DNA of 64,000 bases from Parcubacteria group bacterium (GTDB lineage: Bacteria > Patescibacteriota > Patescibacteriia > Magasanikbacterales > GCA-002688135), in NCBI GenBank assembly GCA_002688135.1, contig NZCD01000031.1, positions 4,544-68,543 of the forward strand. Direction: 5' to 3'. Below are positions 50,155-60,444 of the stretch, in pieces; position 1 is the stretch's first letter; every line of letters begins with the position of its first letter. Below the pieces are notes generated by a model. The model was not told where the DNA came from. It did no database searches and saw only the letters and a program-made list of their open reading frames with translations. The position numbers were made by a program, and so were the translations under genes.

Positions 50155-51512
50155 ATCCGACCTTACTACAAATAATCCGAGGAATCGGAGCAATAGCAGT
50201 TTCAAATGTGGTGGGACGATTAAGCTCATTTACAACAGTCGTTCTACTGACGACTGCGTTGTCATTATACGAATATGGTTTGGTGATGTTGGCTCTTGCA
50301 ATAACCGGGCCAGTTTTGGCAATCATGTCTCTCGGGTTGGATGATATGATTCTAGCCGACACATCACGCTATCTCGCAGACGGAAAAAGATCACACGCAA
50401 AAAGAATGCTCGTGGGGTATCTATCAGTAAAAGCAGTTCTGCTTGTCGCGCTAATTATAAGTGGTTATTTCTTCCGTGATTTTCTCGCGACAAAATACGG
50501 AACACTCATTACAGACGCTTCACTCATCCTATTACTCTATGTAGTTCTTCAGTATTTTAGAACCTCATACAACACAATTCTACACATCCACAAAAGATTC
50601 AAAACCCTTGCATTCTGGAATTCAATCGAGCCAATCGCCCGACTTATATTCGTGGCTGTAGCATTTGCAGTAGGAGGAATTAATGTGATGGTTGCGCTAG
50701 CGTCATATGTCGCATCTTCTGCGGTGACTATTGTAGGAGCAACACCACAACTTCTTGCAATAGCAAAGACATATCTCAAAGTTCCAAAACTACAACAACC
50801 ACTTTTTAGAATCGCCATGAAAGCTCATGGAAAATGGCAATCCGCACTTTCAATGCTAGGAAGTTTCACAGGTGCAGCCGGAGTATATATCATCAAATAT
50901 TTACTCTCTACAGAAGCAGTTGCTATTTTCTCGGTCGCACAAAGCATGTTCTCTGCGATCGCATCACTCACTCCAATTAAAACTGTCATGGTGCCATTCA
51001 TATCACAATGGTCTACAAATAAAGAACGTCTCAATCAGGTGCTGAAAAAAATTACCAAATATTCCATGTTGATGTACGGGGTAATTATGATAGCTGCAAT
51101 TACTATAGGTCCAGAATTGATACATGTATTCTTTCCAAAATACACAGCCTCTATTCTTGTCTTTCAGATACTTTCTATTCGGTTGTTACTCAACACATTT
51201 TCAATTACGCAATCACCGACGCTCACTGCACTACGTGATCAAAAGTTCATGTCCGGTTTGAGCATATTCAAATTGATTATGCTAGTACTCCTAGCACCTC
51301 CACTGATTATGAAATTCGGAGTGATTGGGGCAGTTCTCGAAATTATCATCACAACTGCAATAATAGAACTTATTCGAGAATGGAGACTACGAACCCGCTA
51401 TGGAATCAAAACAACAACAATTCAGTCATTTTTCACTTTCGATCATATCGATAGGATGATTCTAAACCGAATGAAACAGTTCGGTCATATCATCAAGCAG
51501 AAACTTAAATGA
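50151..51512 (+). CDS. wzx: Oligosaccharide flippase (Wzx/RfbX family)
   Basis: About 12 TM helices; LSLYEYG, LLSTEAVAIFSVA, FFPKY, KFGVIGA. Confidence 0.75.
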   Translation: MNPTLLQIIRGIGAIAVSNVVGRLSSFTTVVLLTTALSLYEYGLVMLALAITGPVLAIMSLGLDDMILADTSRYLADGKRSHAKRMLVGYLSVKAVLLVALIISGYFFRDFLATKYGTLITDASLILLLYVVLQYFRTSYNTILHIHKRFKTLAFWNSIEPIARLIFVAVAFAVGGINVMVALASYVASSAVTIVGATPQLLAIAKTYLKVPKLQQPLFRIAMKAHGKWQSALSMLGSFTGAAGVYIIKYLLSTEAVAIFSVAQSMFSAIASLTPIKTVMVPFISQWSTNKERLNQVLKKITKYSMLMYGVIMIAAITIGPELIHVFFPKYTASILVFQILSIRLLLNTFSITQSPTLTALRDQKFMSGLSIFKLIMLVLLAPPLIMKFGVIGAVLEIIITTAIIELIREWRLRTRYGIKTTTIQSFFTFDHIDRMILNRMKQFGHIIKQKLK

Positions 51513-51669
51513 GACCGGTACGATACTCCTGTGCGGGTGTAATGTAGATATTTTTTTCTCAGTTGTGTGAAAAACGACGAGGAAATATGGATCTATTGCC
51601 GAGGAGTTTTGAGCACATCTGAGGAAAAAAGAGCACATCACGCGTGTGCACGGAGTATTGTGCCGGTCT
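51512..51669 (+). repeat. Long imperfect hairpin H2
   Basis: agaccggtacgatactcc...ggagtattgtgccggtct; core aaaac-GACGA-ggaaata-tggatc-tattgcc-GAGGA-gtttt. Confidence 0.8.
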
Positions 51670-51720
51670 ATCAAAAAACCCTTGCGAAAATAGGAGATAT
51701 GCGGTAAGATTCCGTCCACT

Positions 51721-53163
51721 ATGAAGACTATATTCATGACCATTTCTAGGGGTGGAACCGCACGAAATCTCTTGCAAAGTGAGGTATTTAGTGCGCTCAA
51801 AGAGTCTGGAAACAAACTGGTTATTATTGCACCTGCATCAGAGGATGGGACTTTTCAGAAACTCTGTGATGCTCCAAATATACATCTTGAAAAAATGGTT
51901 GAGCTGCCGTGGCGATGGGCAGATCGAGTTTTGGTAGGGATTCACAAGGGACTAATTTACAATAAGAGCACGATGTTCCGTGATAAGTTCGGAATTTACG
52001 ATCCTAAAGAGGGGAGCATGTTCAAGTACTGGATGCGAAAAATTTTTATTGCGCCATTTTCAAAATCAAAATCTCTCAAAAGATTTGCTAGAAAATTAGA
52101 TAAAGTAATAGCACCCGCACGACACTACGAAGAAATTTTTTCAAAACACAAACCAGACGTTCTTTTTTCGACAAGCATGATTGAAGATCAAGAAGTTGAA
52201 ATCATGAAACAAGCGGAAGCTCATGGTGTGCCAATAATCGCAATGCCAAAAACATGGGACAATCCATCAAAAATAAATCTTCGAGTAAAACCGAATAAGA
52301 TAATTGTGTGGGGAGAATATTCAAGAGATGAGGTGGTAAAATATTCGGCAATAGACGAAAAAGATATTGAGGTGTGCGGAATTCCACAATTCGACACATA
52401 TCGAAATATCGATCTGATTGATACACGCGAAGAATTTTGCACAAAATGGGGATTTGATCCAAACAAAAAAATTATTGTATTTGGATCTGAAGGCCGCATC
52501 ACACCACAAGATAAAGACATCGCCAGTCAGATTGCCGCTTGGGTAAAAAATGGTGGGATTGAAAATTCGCAATTGTTCATACGGCCTCACTTCATGTATC
52601 CGGAAGATCCCAAAAAATTCAAAAACATCGAAGCACAAGAAAATGTAAAAGTTGATAATTCTTGGAATCGAATTGATGGGTTTCGTGACAATTGGGATTA
52701 TTCAATGAAACAAATTTCACATTTCGCAAATCTGATGGTTCATGCGGATCTAATGATAACAACAGGCTCAACACTTTCAATAGACGCAGCTGCAACTGAC
52801 ACGCCAGTCATCAATATATATTTTGACACGCCAGATCCAAAACCATTTAACGAATCTGTGAGACGCTGGTACACATCAGAACATTACTCTCATGTGCTTG
52901 AAACTGGAGCTGTAAGTTTGGCACATTCAATGGAAGAGCTGAAAGAATACACAAAACGATATCTCAAAACACCATCTATCAGACAACAGCAAAGAAAAAA
53001 CTTGATTGAAAAATTTGGATACAAAAACGACGGAAAATCCGCAGAAAGAATCGCAGCTTCTGTTCTTGCGTTTATTGGCGAAGAACCTAAATCTCACACA
53101 CACCATGATTCTGTATTAATAACTAAGAGTGAAAAACAAGAACAGAAAGTAATGAGTAATTAG
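51721..53163 (+). CDS. CDP-glycerol glycerophosphotransferase (TagF/TagB)-like GT-B protein
   Basis: Motifs TWDN, GIPQFD, FGSEG, IRPHF, STLSIDAA..DTPVINI, DGKSAERI. Confidence 0.65.
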   Translation: MKTIFMTISRGGTARNLLQSEVFSALKESGNKLVIIAPASEDGTFQKLCDAPNIHLEKMVELPWRWADRVLVGIHKGLIYNKSTMFRDKFGIYDPKEGSMFKYWMRKIFIAPFSKSKSLKRFARKLDKVIAPARHYEEIFSKHKPDVLFSTSMIEDQEVEIMKQAEAHGVPIIAMPKTWDNPSKINLRVKPNKIIVWGEYSRDEVVKYSAIDEKDIEVCGIPQFDTYRNIDLIDTREEFCTKWGFDPNKKIIVFGSEGRITPQDKDIASQIAAWVKNGGIENSQLFIRPHFMYPEDPKKFKNIEAQENVKVDNSWNRIDGFRDNWDYSMKQISHFANLMVHADLMITTGSTLSIDAAATDTPVINIYFDTPDPKPFNESVRRWYTSEHYSHVLETGAVSLAHSMEELKEYTKRYLKTPSIRQQQRKNLIEKFGYKNDGKSAERIAASVLAFIGEEPKSHTHHDSVLITKSEKQEQKVMSN

Positions 53164-53240
53164 TAATGAGTAAAGCGGTCGGCGAAGCCGACAAAAAGCC
53201 ACAGGCTTTACCTCATTACTAATTACTCATTACGCGCTAC
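53149..53240 (+). repeat. Heptamer-array inverted repeat element D
   Basis: gtaatga/gtaatta/gtaatga/gtaaagc-gtcggcgaagccgac-aaagccacaggcttt-tcattac/taattac/tcattac; contains stop TAG 53161-53163. Confidence 0.9.
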
Positions 53241-53250
53241 TAAATTTTCT

Positions 53251-54639
53251 ATGAAAATTTCACAACTCCGAAAAATCTGCCAAACAAGCTCAAGCTCACC
53301 ATCGGCAGCATCACAAACCATCTGGGGCCAAACCAACAGATTCTTTTCGATATACCTAACTCGACTTTTCATCAACACTAAAGTCACTCCTAACCAAATC
53401 ACTATTTTGGGGTCTGCGGTTTTCATCGCGGGTTGTACACTTTTTGTGTTCGGTACAATGAAGTTCAATCTTATCGGATTTGCAATGGTTGTACTGGCTT
53501 ACATTCTGGATGCATCAGATGGAGAACTTGCTCGCTACAGACGTCATCAAGGTCAAACTTCAAAGTACGATCTCGGAGGAGTATATGTAGAGCCAACATC
53601 ACACGACACACAATACGGATTCATGCTGGTTCCCATGGGATATGGAGCGATGATTGCTACAGGCTCTGCCTTACCATTAGTAGCCGCAGCATTTGCAACA
53701 ATTGGAAAACTCATGTTTCGATTACTGGAATTTCGATACATGGCTGCAGCGCGTCATATCGATGAAATTCAAGGCGCAACATATGGCTGGAAGCAAAACG
53801 TACAAACGCCAACCACACTCACGTATCGACTCTATAGAAATTTCTCAACGGTGTGTGGAATGATGCCACTATTGCTAATTGCTATTCTCGTTGACAGAAT
53901 CGATATATTTTTATATGCTTATGCAGTTCTCTTTATAGTATTATGGGCGGTGAAATTTGATCGAAATGTAGAAAAGATACAAAAAAAGATGCAAAAAAAT
54001 GAGACGACAAATCTGCCCAAAATCATCCTATTTGATTTTGACGGAACACTTGTAGATACTATGCATGGATACGCAGATCTAGCTGCGCAAATAATGCATG
54101 AGGCTCATGGAGCCCCGACAGATGAGGCACGTGATGCATATATGCATACATCAGGATTACCATTTTGTCAGCAACTGGAAGTAATCTATCCTCAAGATGA
54201 AAAGAATACTGGAGCAGCTGAAAGATTTGAAAATGAAAAACTCGAGATTATGTGGGCAGCTAATCCTGATGAGGATTGTGATGAGGTATTGACGAAGCTC
54301 AAAGAAAAAGGAATCACTGCAATCATCTCAAGCAACAACACTCAAGAAAATATTACAGCATATTCGCAAAAACATGCACTGAAAGTAGATGATGCGCTCG
54401 GTTACAAAGAAGGATTTGCAAAAGGCCGAGATCACGTCGAACACATAAAAGAAAAGTATAATGTATCTGAATCAGACTTATGGTTTATCGGAGATTCTTT
54501 CGCAGACGGAAAAAAAGCCCACGCACTAAACATCAACTTCATCGCTCGAACAGGAACAAATTCAGCAGACGCATTCTTAGAAAAATTTCCAAATATACAA
54601 ACTATCGATTCTCTAAGCGAGCTACTCAAACTTTTATGA
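53251..54639 (+). CDS. CDP-alcohol phosphatidyltransferase family domain fused to a HAD hydrolase
   Basis: TPNQIT, LDASDGELARY..G; then ILFDFDGTLVD, SSN, FIGDS. Confidence 0.8.
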   Translation: MKISQLRKICQTSSSSPSAASQTIWGQTNRFFSIYLTRLFINTKVTPNQITILGSAVFIAGCTLFVFGTMKFNLIGFAMVVLAYILDASDGELARYRRHQGQTSKYDLGGVYVEPTSHDTQYGFMLVPMGYGAMIATGSALPLVAAAFATIGKLMFRLLEFRYMAAARHIDEIQGATYGWKQNVQTPTTLTYRLYRNFSTVCGMMPLLLIAILVDRIDIFLYAYAVLFIVLWAVKFDRNVEKIQKKMQKNETTNLPKIILFDFDGTLVDTMHGYADLAAQIMHEAHGAPTDEARDAYMHTSGLPFCQQLEVIYPQDEKNTGAAERFENEKLEIMWAANPDEDCDEVLTKLKEKGITAIISSNNTQENITAYSQKHALKVDDALGYKEGFAKGRDHVEHIKEKYNVSESDLWFIGDSFADGKKAHALNINFIARTGTNSADAFLEKFPNIQTIDSLSELLKLL

Positions 54640-55874
54640 ATCACGAGAATAAAAAACGAAAAATCTGTGTCACCCTAATCAACCGCGCAAATTACGGTCG
54701 ATTAAAATCAGTGATGACAGCCATAAAAAATCATCCAGACTTGGAACTCCAGGTTATTTGTGGTTCAGCAATGTTGATTTACAATTATGGAAATGCGATA
54801 GATGTGGTTGAGCGTGACGGCTTTAAAGTTGACGAGAAAATCTTCATGCACGTTGCCGGTGAGACACCCATGACGATGGCAAAGTCAGTTGGAATGGGAA
54901 TGATAGAATTCCCTGCAGCATATGACAGATTAAAACCAGATATTGTAATGGTGAATGCAGATCGATATGAAACATTGGCTATTGCAGCATCAGCATCATA
55001 TATGAACATTCCAGTAGCACATCAGTTGGGTGGAGAATGCACAGGAACTATCGATGACTATGTCAGGCATGCAGTAACAAAACTTTCAGATATTCATTTT
55101 GCAGCTCACACAAAAGCAGCAGAACGCGTCGTTATGATGGGAGAGGATCCATCACGAGTATACGTCACAGGAAATCCGTCACTAGATGTTATTCATGAAT
55201 CACAATCAAATGTCACGAATCAACAATTCTGGGAGAAGTATGGAGGAAAAGGTGGTGGTGTAAATATTGATGAACCATTCTTACTCTCAATTTTCCATCC
55301 CGTTACAACTGATTACGGAAAAAACCGCACAAATGCAGAAGCACTCTTAAGCGCAGTTGATGAGTTAGAAATTCCAACAATCATGCTCTGGCCAAACAAT
55401 GACGCAGGGTCAGATGAAATTGCAAAAGCAATGCGTGTGAGATTCGATCAGGGAAACATGGAAAACCTTCACTTCATCAGAAACCTAGCTATTGAAGATT
55501 ACCTAACTCTCATGGCACGCTCATCTGCTGTGATCGGAAACTCATCATCAGGAATTATGGAAGCAGGATTTTTAGGAGTTCCATGTGTAAACATCGGAAA
55601 CAGACAAGAGGGGCGCGAGCAAACTCACAATGTAATCAATGTAGAACCAAATAAAGAAAAGATAATCGAGGCAATCAAACAATCAATTGAAAAGAAATCA
55701 TATCCAAAAGACCCGCTATTTGGTGATGGAAAATCAGGAAAACGAATCGCAGACATTCTCGCAACAATCCCACTAATGCGACCAAAGATTTATTTTGAAG
55801 CTTCAGATGAGACGAAGAAGAGTTACGTAGATCTTGTTGAACGTGAAGTGAAGCAACGAATGACAACGGAGTAA
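54636..55874 (+). CDS. neuC: UDP-N-acetylglucosamine 2-epimerase, hydrolysing
   Basis: Motifs NRANYGRL, ADRYE, HQLGGECTGTIDDYVRHAVTKLS, FHPVTTD, WPNNDAG, GNSSSGI, GNRQEGR. Start taken at MNHENK (ATGA overlap). Confidence 0.88.
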   Translation: MNHENKKRKICVTLINRANYGRLKSVMTAIKNHPDLELQVICGSAMLIYNYGNAIDVVERDGFKVDEKIFMHVAGETPMTMAKSVGMGMIEFPAAYDRLKPDIVMVNADRYETLAIAASASYMNIPVAHQLGGECTGTIDDYVRHAVTKLSDIHFAAHTKAAERVVMMGEDPSRVYVTGNPSLDVIHESQSNVTNQQFWEKYGGKGGGVNIDEPFLLSIFHPVTTDYGKNRTNAEALLSAVDELEIPTIMLWPNNDAGSDEIAKAMRVRFDQGNMENLHFIRNLAIEDYLTLMARSSAVIGNSSSGIMEAGFLGVPCVNIGNRQEGREQTHNVINVEPNKEKIIEAIKQSIEKKSYPKDPLFGDGKSGKRIADILATIPLMRPKIYFEASDETKKSYVDLVEREVKQRMTTE

Positions 55875-55989
55875 ATAGAAGAGCTGCTTTTGAGAACGCA
55901 GTGCTCAAAAGCGTTACTATAAAACGAAAAAGGTTTGGTGGGAATAATATAGAATGGCTGCGATGGTATAGGAGGATCAATACTAATAC

Positions 55990-56015
55990 GGGATCCCTCC
56001 TATTGTCGGGATGAC
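55990..56015 (-). repeat. TGTC/CGTC-tagged REP-like half unit
   Basis: Reverse complement is gtcatcccgacaataggagggatccc, same layout as the 28807 and 61694 units. Confidence 0.65.
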
Positions 56016-56028
56016 GTGGAACGAAGTT

Positions 56029-57402
56029 ATGAAAAAAATCTTCATGATGTTATCGCGCGGATTCGTCGCGCGCAACATGCTTCAAACTGAAGTAAAAAAA
56101 ACAATACTCGAGCAAGAGGATGTACAACTCATCCTCTTTGTTCCATCTAACATTCCTGATCACTTTCACAAAGAGGCAAATCATCCGCGCATCACAACAA
56201 TAGAATGTGAGGATGTGCAGTATGGTCCATTGCGTCGTAGATTCGCGCGATCAATGCAAAAGATGGTGTATTCAAAAACTGCGCAATATCTATTGCATTA
56301 TGGTGGCCGTCCATCAAAGAAGAATATGTCGTGGCCGTTTTTTATTGTTGCACATGGATTCTTCAAATTACTCTCATCAATGAAATTCTTTATTCCAGTC
56401 TGGAGATGGCTGGAGATCGCGACATGGCCAGACAAAATATATGATGAGCATTTCAAAGAACATAAACCAGATTTGGTAATTGCGACAAGTCTTAAAACAA
56501 AACGAGATGCAGCTATTTTGAAATCTGCAAAACGATTCAATGTGAAACCGATTGGTATCACACGAAGCTGGGATAATTTGGATCGAATGTTATTGCAAGT
56601 TGTGCCAGACAAGTTGGTAGTACAAAATGAGGCAATGAAAGAAATTGCAATAAAAGATCATGCGATAGATGAGAAAACTATTTTTGTTGCAGGATTCCCG
56701 CAGTTTGATTTGTATGATAATTCAGAAACATTCGACGACTACGAAACATTTCTAGAAAAAAGAAATTTCACGCCAGATCGAAAAGTCATATTCTTTGGTT
56801 CTGAAGGAGCATGGGCGCCGTATGGATACATGATTGCACAGGAGCTGATCGATATGGCAAACAAGGATGAATTTGTGCATCCAGTTCAGGTGATTGTGAG
56901 ACCGCACTTTTCAGATATTAACTTTGACAAAAAAAATGTATATGACGTAGTTGAGGGTAGACCGCTCACATATTACGACAATTACTTCCGTGTCTCAAAA
57001 ATGTTTACCGACAAATGGGACCCTTCATGGGAGGAAATGACAAACCTCGCAAACCAACTCAAGCATTCAGATATGCTCATCACATACGCCTCGACATTGT
57101 CACTAGAAGCAGCTATACTCGATACACCAATAATCAATATCGATTATCAGGCAAGACAAGAACCAAAAGGTGGACCATTCATGGGAACATTCTACCAATC
57201 CAGTCACTATTCTAGAATGGCAAACTCTGGAGCAATCAAATTTGCGCATTCACGAAATGAATTGAAAGCGCTCGTAAATCGATATCTTGAAAATCCAGAA
57301 TACGAAAAAACAGAACGAAAAAAATTCGCAAACTGGCTTGCGCCTTACACAGGAGAGGCTGGAAAGAGACTTGGCGACTTTATTATTCAACAGCTGTCGT
57401 AA
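56029..57402 (+). CDS. TagF-like GT-B protein, paralog of 51721-53163
   Basis: MKKIFMMLSRG, SWDN, GFPQFD, FGSEG, VRPHF, STLSLEAA..DTPIINI. Confidence 0.65.
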   Translation: MKKIFMMLSRGFVARNMLQTEVKKTILEQEDVQLILFVPSNIPDHFHKEANHPRITTIECEDVQYGPLRRRFARSMQKMVYSKTAQYLLHYGGRPSKKNMSWPFFIVAHGFFKLLSSMKFFIPVWRWLEIATWPDKIYDEHFKEHKPDLVIATSLKTKRDAAILKSAKRFNVKPIGITRSWDNLDRMLLQVVPDKLVVQNEAMKEIAIKDHAIDEKTIFVAGFPQFDLYDNSETFDDYETFLEKRNFTPDRKVIFFGSEGAWAPYGYMIAQELIDMANKDEFVHPVQVIVRPHFSDINFDKKNVYDVVEGRPLTYYDNYFRVSKMFTDKWDPSWEEMTNLANQLKHSDMLITYASTLSLEAAILDTPIINIDYQARQEPKGGPFMGTFYQSSHYSRMANSGAIKFAHSRNELKALVNRYLENPEYEKTERKKFANWLAPYTGEAGKRLGDFIIQQLS

Positions 57403-57468
57403 TGAGTAATGAGTAATGCGGGCTATCGCCTTGCGCGATCGCTTTACGCTTTACTCATTACGCATTAC
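57399..57468 (+). repeat. Heptamer-array inverted repeat element E
   Basis: gtaatga/gtaatga/gtaatgc - atcgccttgcgcgat - gctttac/gctttac/tcattac/gcattac; contains stop TAA 57400-57402. Confidence 0.85.
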
Positions 57469-57476
57469 GAATCTAT

Positions 57477-58601
57477 ATGAAACTAGCAATTGTCTTGGGA
57501 ACAAGACCAGAAATAATCAAAATGGCACCAATTGTAAACGCATGCAAAAAAATGAATGTGGATTTTTTCATTTTGCATACTGGGCAGCATTACTCTGAAA
57601 ACATGGATTCAGTATTTTTCAAGGATTTGGAGCTGCCACAGCCGGATTACAATTTAGGAGTGGGGAATCAACCACATCGCAAACAAGTTGGGTTGATGAC
57701 ACGTCACATGCTCGAGGTATTCAAACAAGAAAAGCCAGATGTGGTGATTGTTCAAGGTGATACAATTTCAGTATTGTCTGGAACGCTCGCTGCAAAACGT
57801 CTGGGAATAAAAGTTGCACATCATGAAGCGGGACTACGAAGTCACGATCCATCGATGATTGAAGAAACTAATCGAGTAACCACAGATCATTTATCAGACT
57901 TTCTATTTGCACCAACAAAAGAAGCAACAAAAAATTTAGTAGAAGAAGGATACACAAGTGATCGAATTTTTGAAACAGGAAACACGATTGTTGATGCAGT
58001 TTTATACGCTAAAGATTTAGCAGAAAAAAAATCGAAGATTCTAGAGAAATTAGACCTTGTTAAAGGTAAATACGTTCTGATCACAGCTCATAGAAGTGAA
58101 AACGTAGATAAACGAACAAACCTCAAGGACATGATTCGCGGGATCGAATCAACAGCTGCATCATATCCAGAATTAACCTTCGTATATTCAATGCATCCTC
58201 GCACAAAGAAAATGATCGACCGTTTTGGACTTAATATGCCGCAGCACATGAAAATCATCGAACCAGTTTCATTTCTAGATTTTCTACAACTTGAAACACA
58301 CGCACGACTCATCATGACAGACTCAGGAGGCTTACAAGAAGAAGCCTGTATTTTAAAAGTTCCGTGTGTAACGATGCGCCTAAACACAGAACGTCCAGAA
58401 ACAGTTCGATTAGGAATAAATACATTAGCTGGAACACACCCCGATATGATCCGAGCAAAAGTAAAAGAAATGATGTCAAAAGATAATATCGAATGGAAAA
58501 ATCCATTTGGAGACGGAAAAGCAGCAGAACATATTTTGGAGATATTAGAAAAAGAAATGCAAACTCAACCTGAAAAGGTTGCAGAGTTGACAAATCAATA
58601 A
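57477..58601 (+). CDS. wecB: UDP-N-acetylglucosamine 2-epimerase (non-hydrolysing)
   Basis: Motifs GTRPEIIK, HTGQHY, QGDT, HHEAGLRS, EETNR, TAHRSEN, TDSGGLQEEA, TERPE, NPFGDG. Confidence 0.93.
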   Translation: MKLAIVLGTRPEIIKMAPIVNACKKMNVDFFILHTGQHYSENMDSVFFKDLELPQPDYNLGVGNQPHRKQVGLMTRHMLEVFKQEKPDVVIVQGDTISVLSGTLAAKRLGIKVAHHEAGLRSHDPSMIEETNRVTTDHLSDFLFAPTKEATKNLVEEGYTSDRIFETGNTIVDAVLYAKDLAEKKSKILEKLDLVKGKYVLITAHRSENVDKRTNLKDMIRGIESTAASYPELTFVYSMHPRTKKMIDRFGLNMPQHMKIIEPVSFLDFLQLETHARLIMTDSGGLQEEACILKVPCVTMRLNTERPETVRLGINTLAGTHPDMIRAKVKEMMSKDNIEWKNPFGDGKAAEHILEILEKEMQTQPEKVAELTNQ

Positions 58602-58637
58602 TATTAACTACACTGTGCGAAGCACACAGGAGAAAAT

Positions 58638-59615
58638 ATGCAAAACGATTACTACAAAGGAAAAAGGGTTTTAGTCACTGGCGCAGACGGCTTCATGGGG
58701 TCACATCTCGTGGACGCATTATTAGCGCAGGGAGCTGAAGTTTCTGTGTTTGTGCGCGGAAATTCTGTAACAGGCACCAACATTAATCAGTTAAAAAATC
58801 TGTCACACGCAGAAGGTAAGCTCAATAAGGTGATAGGTGGTGATGTAGGAAATCCCGATACGATTTCGCTCATTAAAAACAGCGCACCAGAAATCGTTTT
58901 TCATTTAGCAGCTGACGCATACGTTCCAAAGTCTTTCGAGCAGCCTCTTGAGGTTTGGCAGACAAATGCTACGGGGACGTTGCATGTGCTTGAAGGAGCT
59001 CGTGCATGTGGTGCACAACGCATAGTCTGCACATCAAGTTCAGAGGTATATGGGCATTGTGCTGGGTCAATTGATGAGCTTACGGAAATGCGGCCAACAT
59101 CAATCTATGGAGCCTCAAAATGTGCCGCAGATAGAGTAGCGTTCGCACATCACACACAGTTCGGTACACCAGTTGCAATTGTGAGACCGTTCAATACGTA
59201 TGGCCCCCGACATACATATGATGTAATCCCGTACTTCATTAAACTAGCGTTTGATGGAAAAGATCTGACAGTTCATGGAGATGGAACACAAACTCGCGAC
59301 TTTACCTATGTTGATGACACGGTCCGGGGATTCCTTATCATGGGAGAACATCCAGATGCAGTTGGAAGAGCTGTGAATTTTGGAACTGGTACTGACACAA
59401 CAGTAAATGAAATCGCAGTGGCAATTCAAAAACATACCGGAACAGGAATCGGAATTATCCACGGAGAAGCTCGTATGGCAGAAGTTCAAAAAATGCGCAG
59501 CAACCCAGGACTTGCAAAAGAACTGTTTGGATGGGAGGCACAAGTAAGTATTGATGAAGGAATTCGTCGAAACGTAGAACACGTGAGAGCAGCACAGAGG
59601 GTTGTTGCCGTATAA
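58638..59615 (+). CDS. NDP-sugar 4,6-dehydratase / NAD-dependent epimerase
   Basis: Motifs VTGADGFMGSHL, HLAA, SSSEVYG, YGASK, RPFNTYGP, TRDFTYV; AGGAG SD. Confidence 0.9.
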   Translation: MQNDYYKGKRVLVTGADGFMGSHLVDALLAQGAEVSVFVRGNSVTGTNINQLKNLSHAEGKLNKVIGGDVGNPDTISLIKNSAPEIVFHLAADAYVPKSFEQPLEVWQTNATGTLHVLEGARACGAQRIVCTSSSEVYGHCAGSIDELTEMRPTSIYGASKCAADRVAFAHHTQFGTPVAIVRPFNTYGPRHTYDVIPYFIKLAFDGKDLTVHGDGTQTRDFTYVDDTVRGFLIMGEHPDAVGRAVNFGTGTDTTVNEIAVAIQKHTGTGIGIIHGEARMAEVQKMRSNPGLAKELFGWEAQVSIDEGIRRNVEHVRAAQRVVAV

Positions 59616-59745
59616 TCTTTGTGATAAAACTTTCAAGTTTCGGGGTATAATCGATGAACACTTGATGAGATATAAGCCGTAGCTTAGTCGAAGAAAGTTG
59701 AGTCGATTATAACCGAAAATTGAATTTTTTAGCCGAAGACTTATA
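59611..59745 (+). repeat. Long imperfect hairpin H3 spanning stop codon to next ATG
   Basis: tataatcttt...ttcggggtataatcgat / gtcgattataaccgaa...gaagacttata; core actt-GATGA-gatataagc-cgta-gcttagtc-GAAGA-aagt. Confidence 0.8.
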
Positions 59746-60389
59746 TGGAAAGAGCCCTCATAAAAGGAAAAGGTAGTCGTATGATTAAGGAGAGAGTAAA
59801 GCTTCATCCTACTGCTGAAATCGGCGAAGGTGTCGAGATTGGTGATGGTACTAAAATTTGGGCGCAAGCACAGCTCGGCGCAGGCGCTCGACTGGGTGCT
59901 AATTGCGTAGTTGGAAAAGGAGCATACATTGATCGCGGAGTAAGAGTTGGAAATAATGTTATGATTCACAATTATGCATTATTGTACCGGCCGCTTACGG
60001 TGGAAGACAATGTGTTCATCGGACCACAAGTTGCAAATGCAAACGACCCAACCCCTATCGCAAACGTAATTCGCGACACTGCTAAGGATCCGGGTACGAC
60101 TTTCAAAAAAGGATGTCGTATCGGCATGGGCGCAACACTTGCACCAAATCTGACCATTGGCGAATACGCACAAGTAGACATGCGAGCACTCGTAACTCGA
60201 GATGTTCCGCCTCATGCTATTGTGAGAGGTGTGCCTGCAAAGATTGTCGGCTTCGCATGCTTTTGTGGAAAGAAGTTGGGGAAACATCCTGAAATTCAAA
60301 TGGGCGCAAGCATCCATCATAGATGTGCTGACAGCAGCTGTGCTAAAACAGTAACAATCCCACTTGAAAACTACAAAAGAATGAAATAA
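59745..60389 (+). CDS. Hexapeptide-repeat N-acetyltransferase (WbpD/WxcM-like) with C-terminal Cys motif
   Basis: HPTAEIG, IGDGTKIW, VFIGP..AND, VTRDVP, GVPAKIVGFACFCG; alternative start at 59781. Confidence 0.85.
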   Translation: MERALIKGKGSRMIKERVKLHPTAEIGEGVEIGDGTKIWAQAQLGAGARLGANCVVGKGAYIDRGVRVGNNVMIHNYALLYRPLTVEDNVFIGPQVANANDPTPIANVIRDTAKDPGTTFKKGCRIGMGATLAPNLTIGEYAQVDMRALVTRDVPPHAIVRGVPAKIVGFACFCGKKLGKHPEIQMGASIHHRCADSSCAKTVTIPLENYKRMK

Positions 60390-60395
60390 AATACG

Positions 60396-60419
60396 AGCAA
60401 CTCAATAGAGTTGCTTTTT
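60396..60419 (+). terminator. Rho-independent terminator-like hairpin
   Basis: agcaactc-aata-gagttgct followed by a T-run. Confidence 0.6.
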
Positions 60420-60444
60420 ACTACTCACTACAAACTAAACAGAT

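Noticed and set aside
55886-55912. Hairpin gcttttgag-9 nt-ctcaaaagc after neuC as a terminator or new repeat family
   Set aside because: It has no T-tract, occurs once and matches none of the other families, so there is too little to call.
58614-58626. tgtgcgaagcaca mini-hairpin before the dehydratase gene
   Set aside because: It has the GCGAAGC core but no heptamer arms. It may be a remnant but cannot be supported as a separate element.
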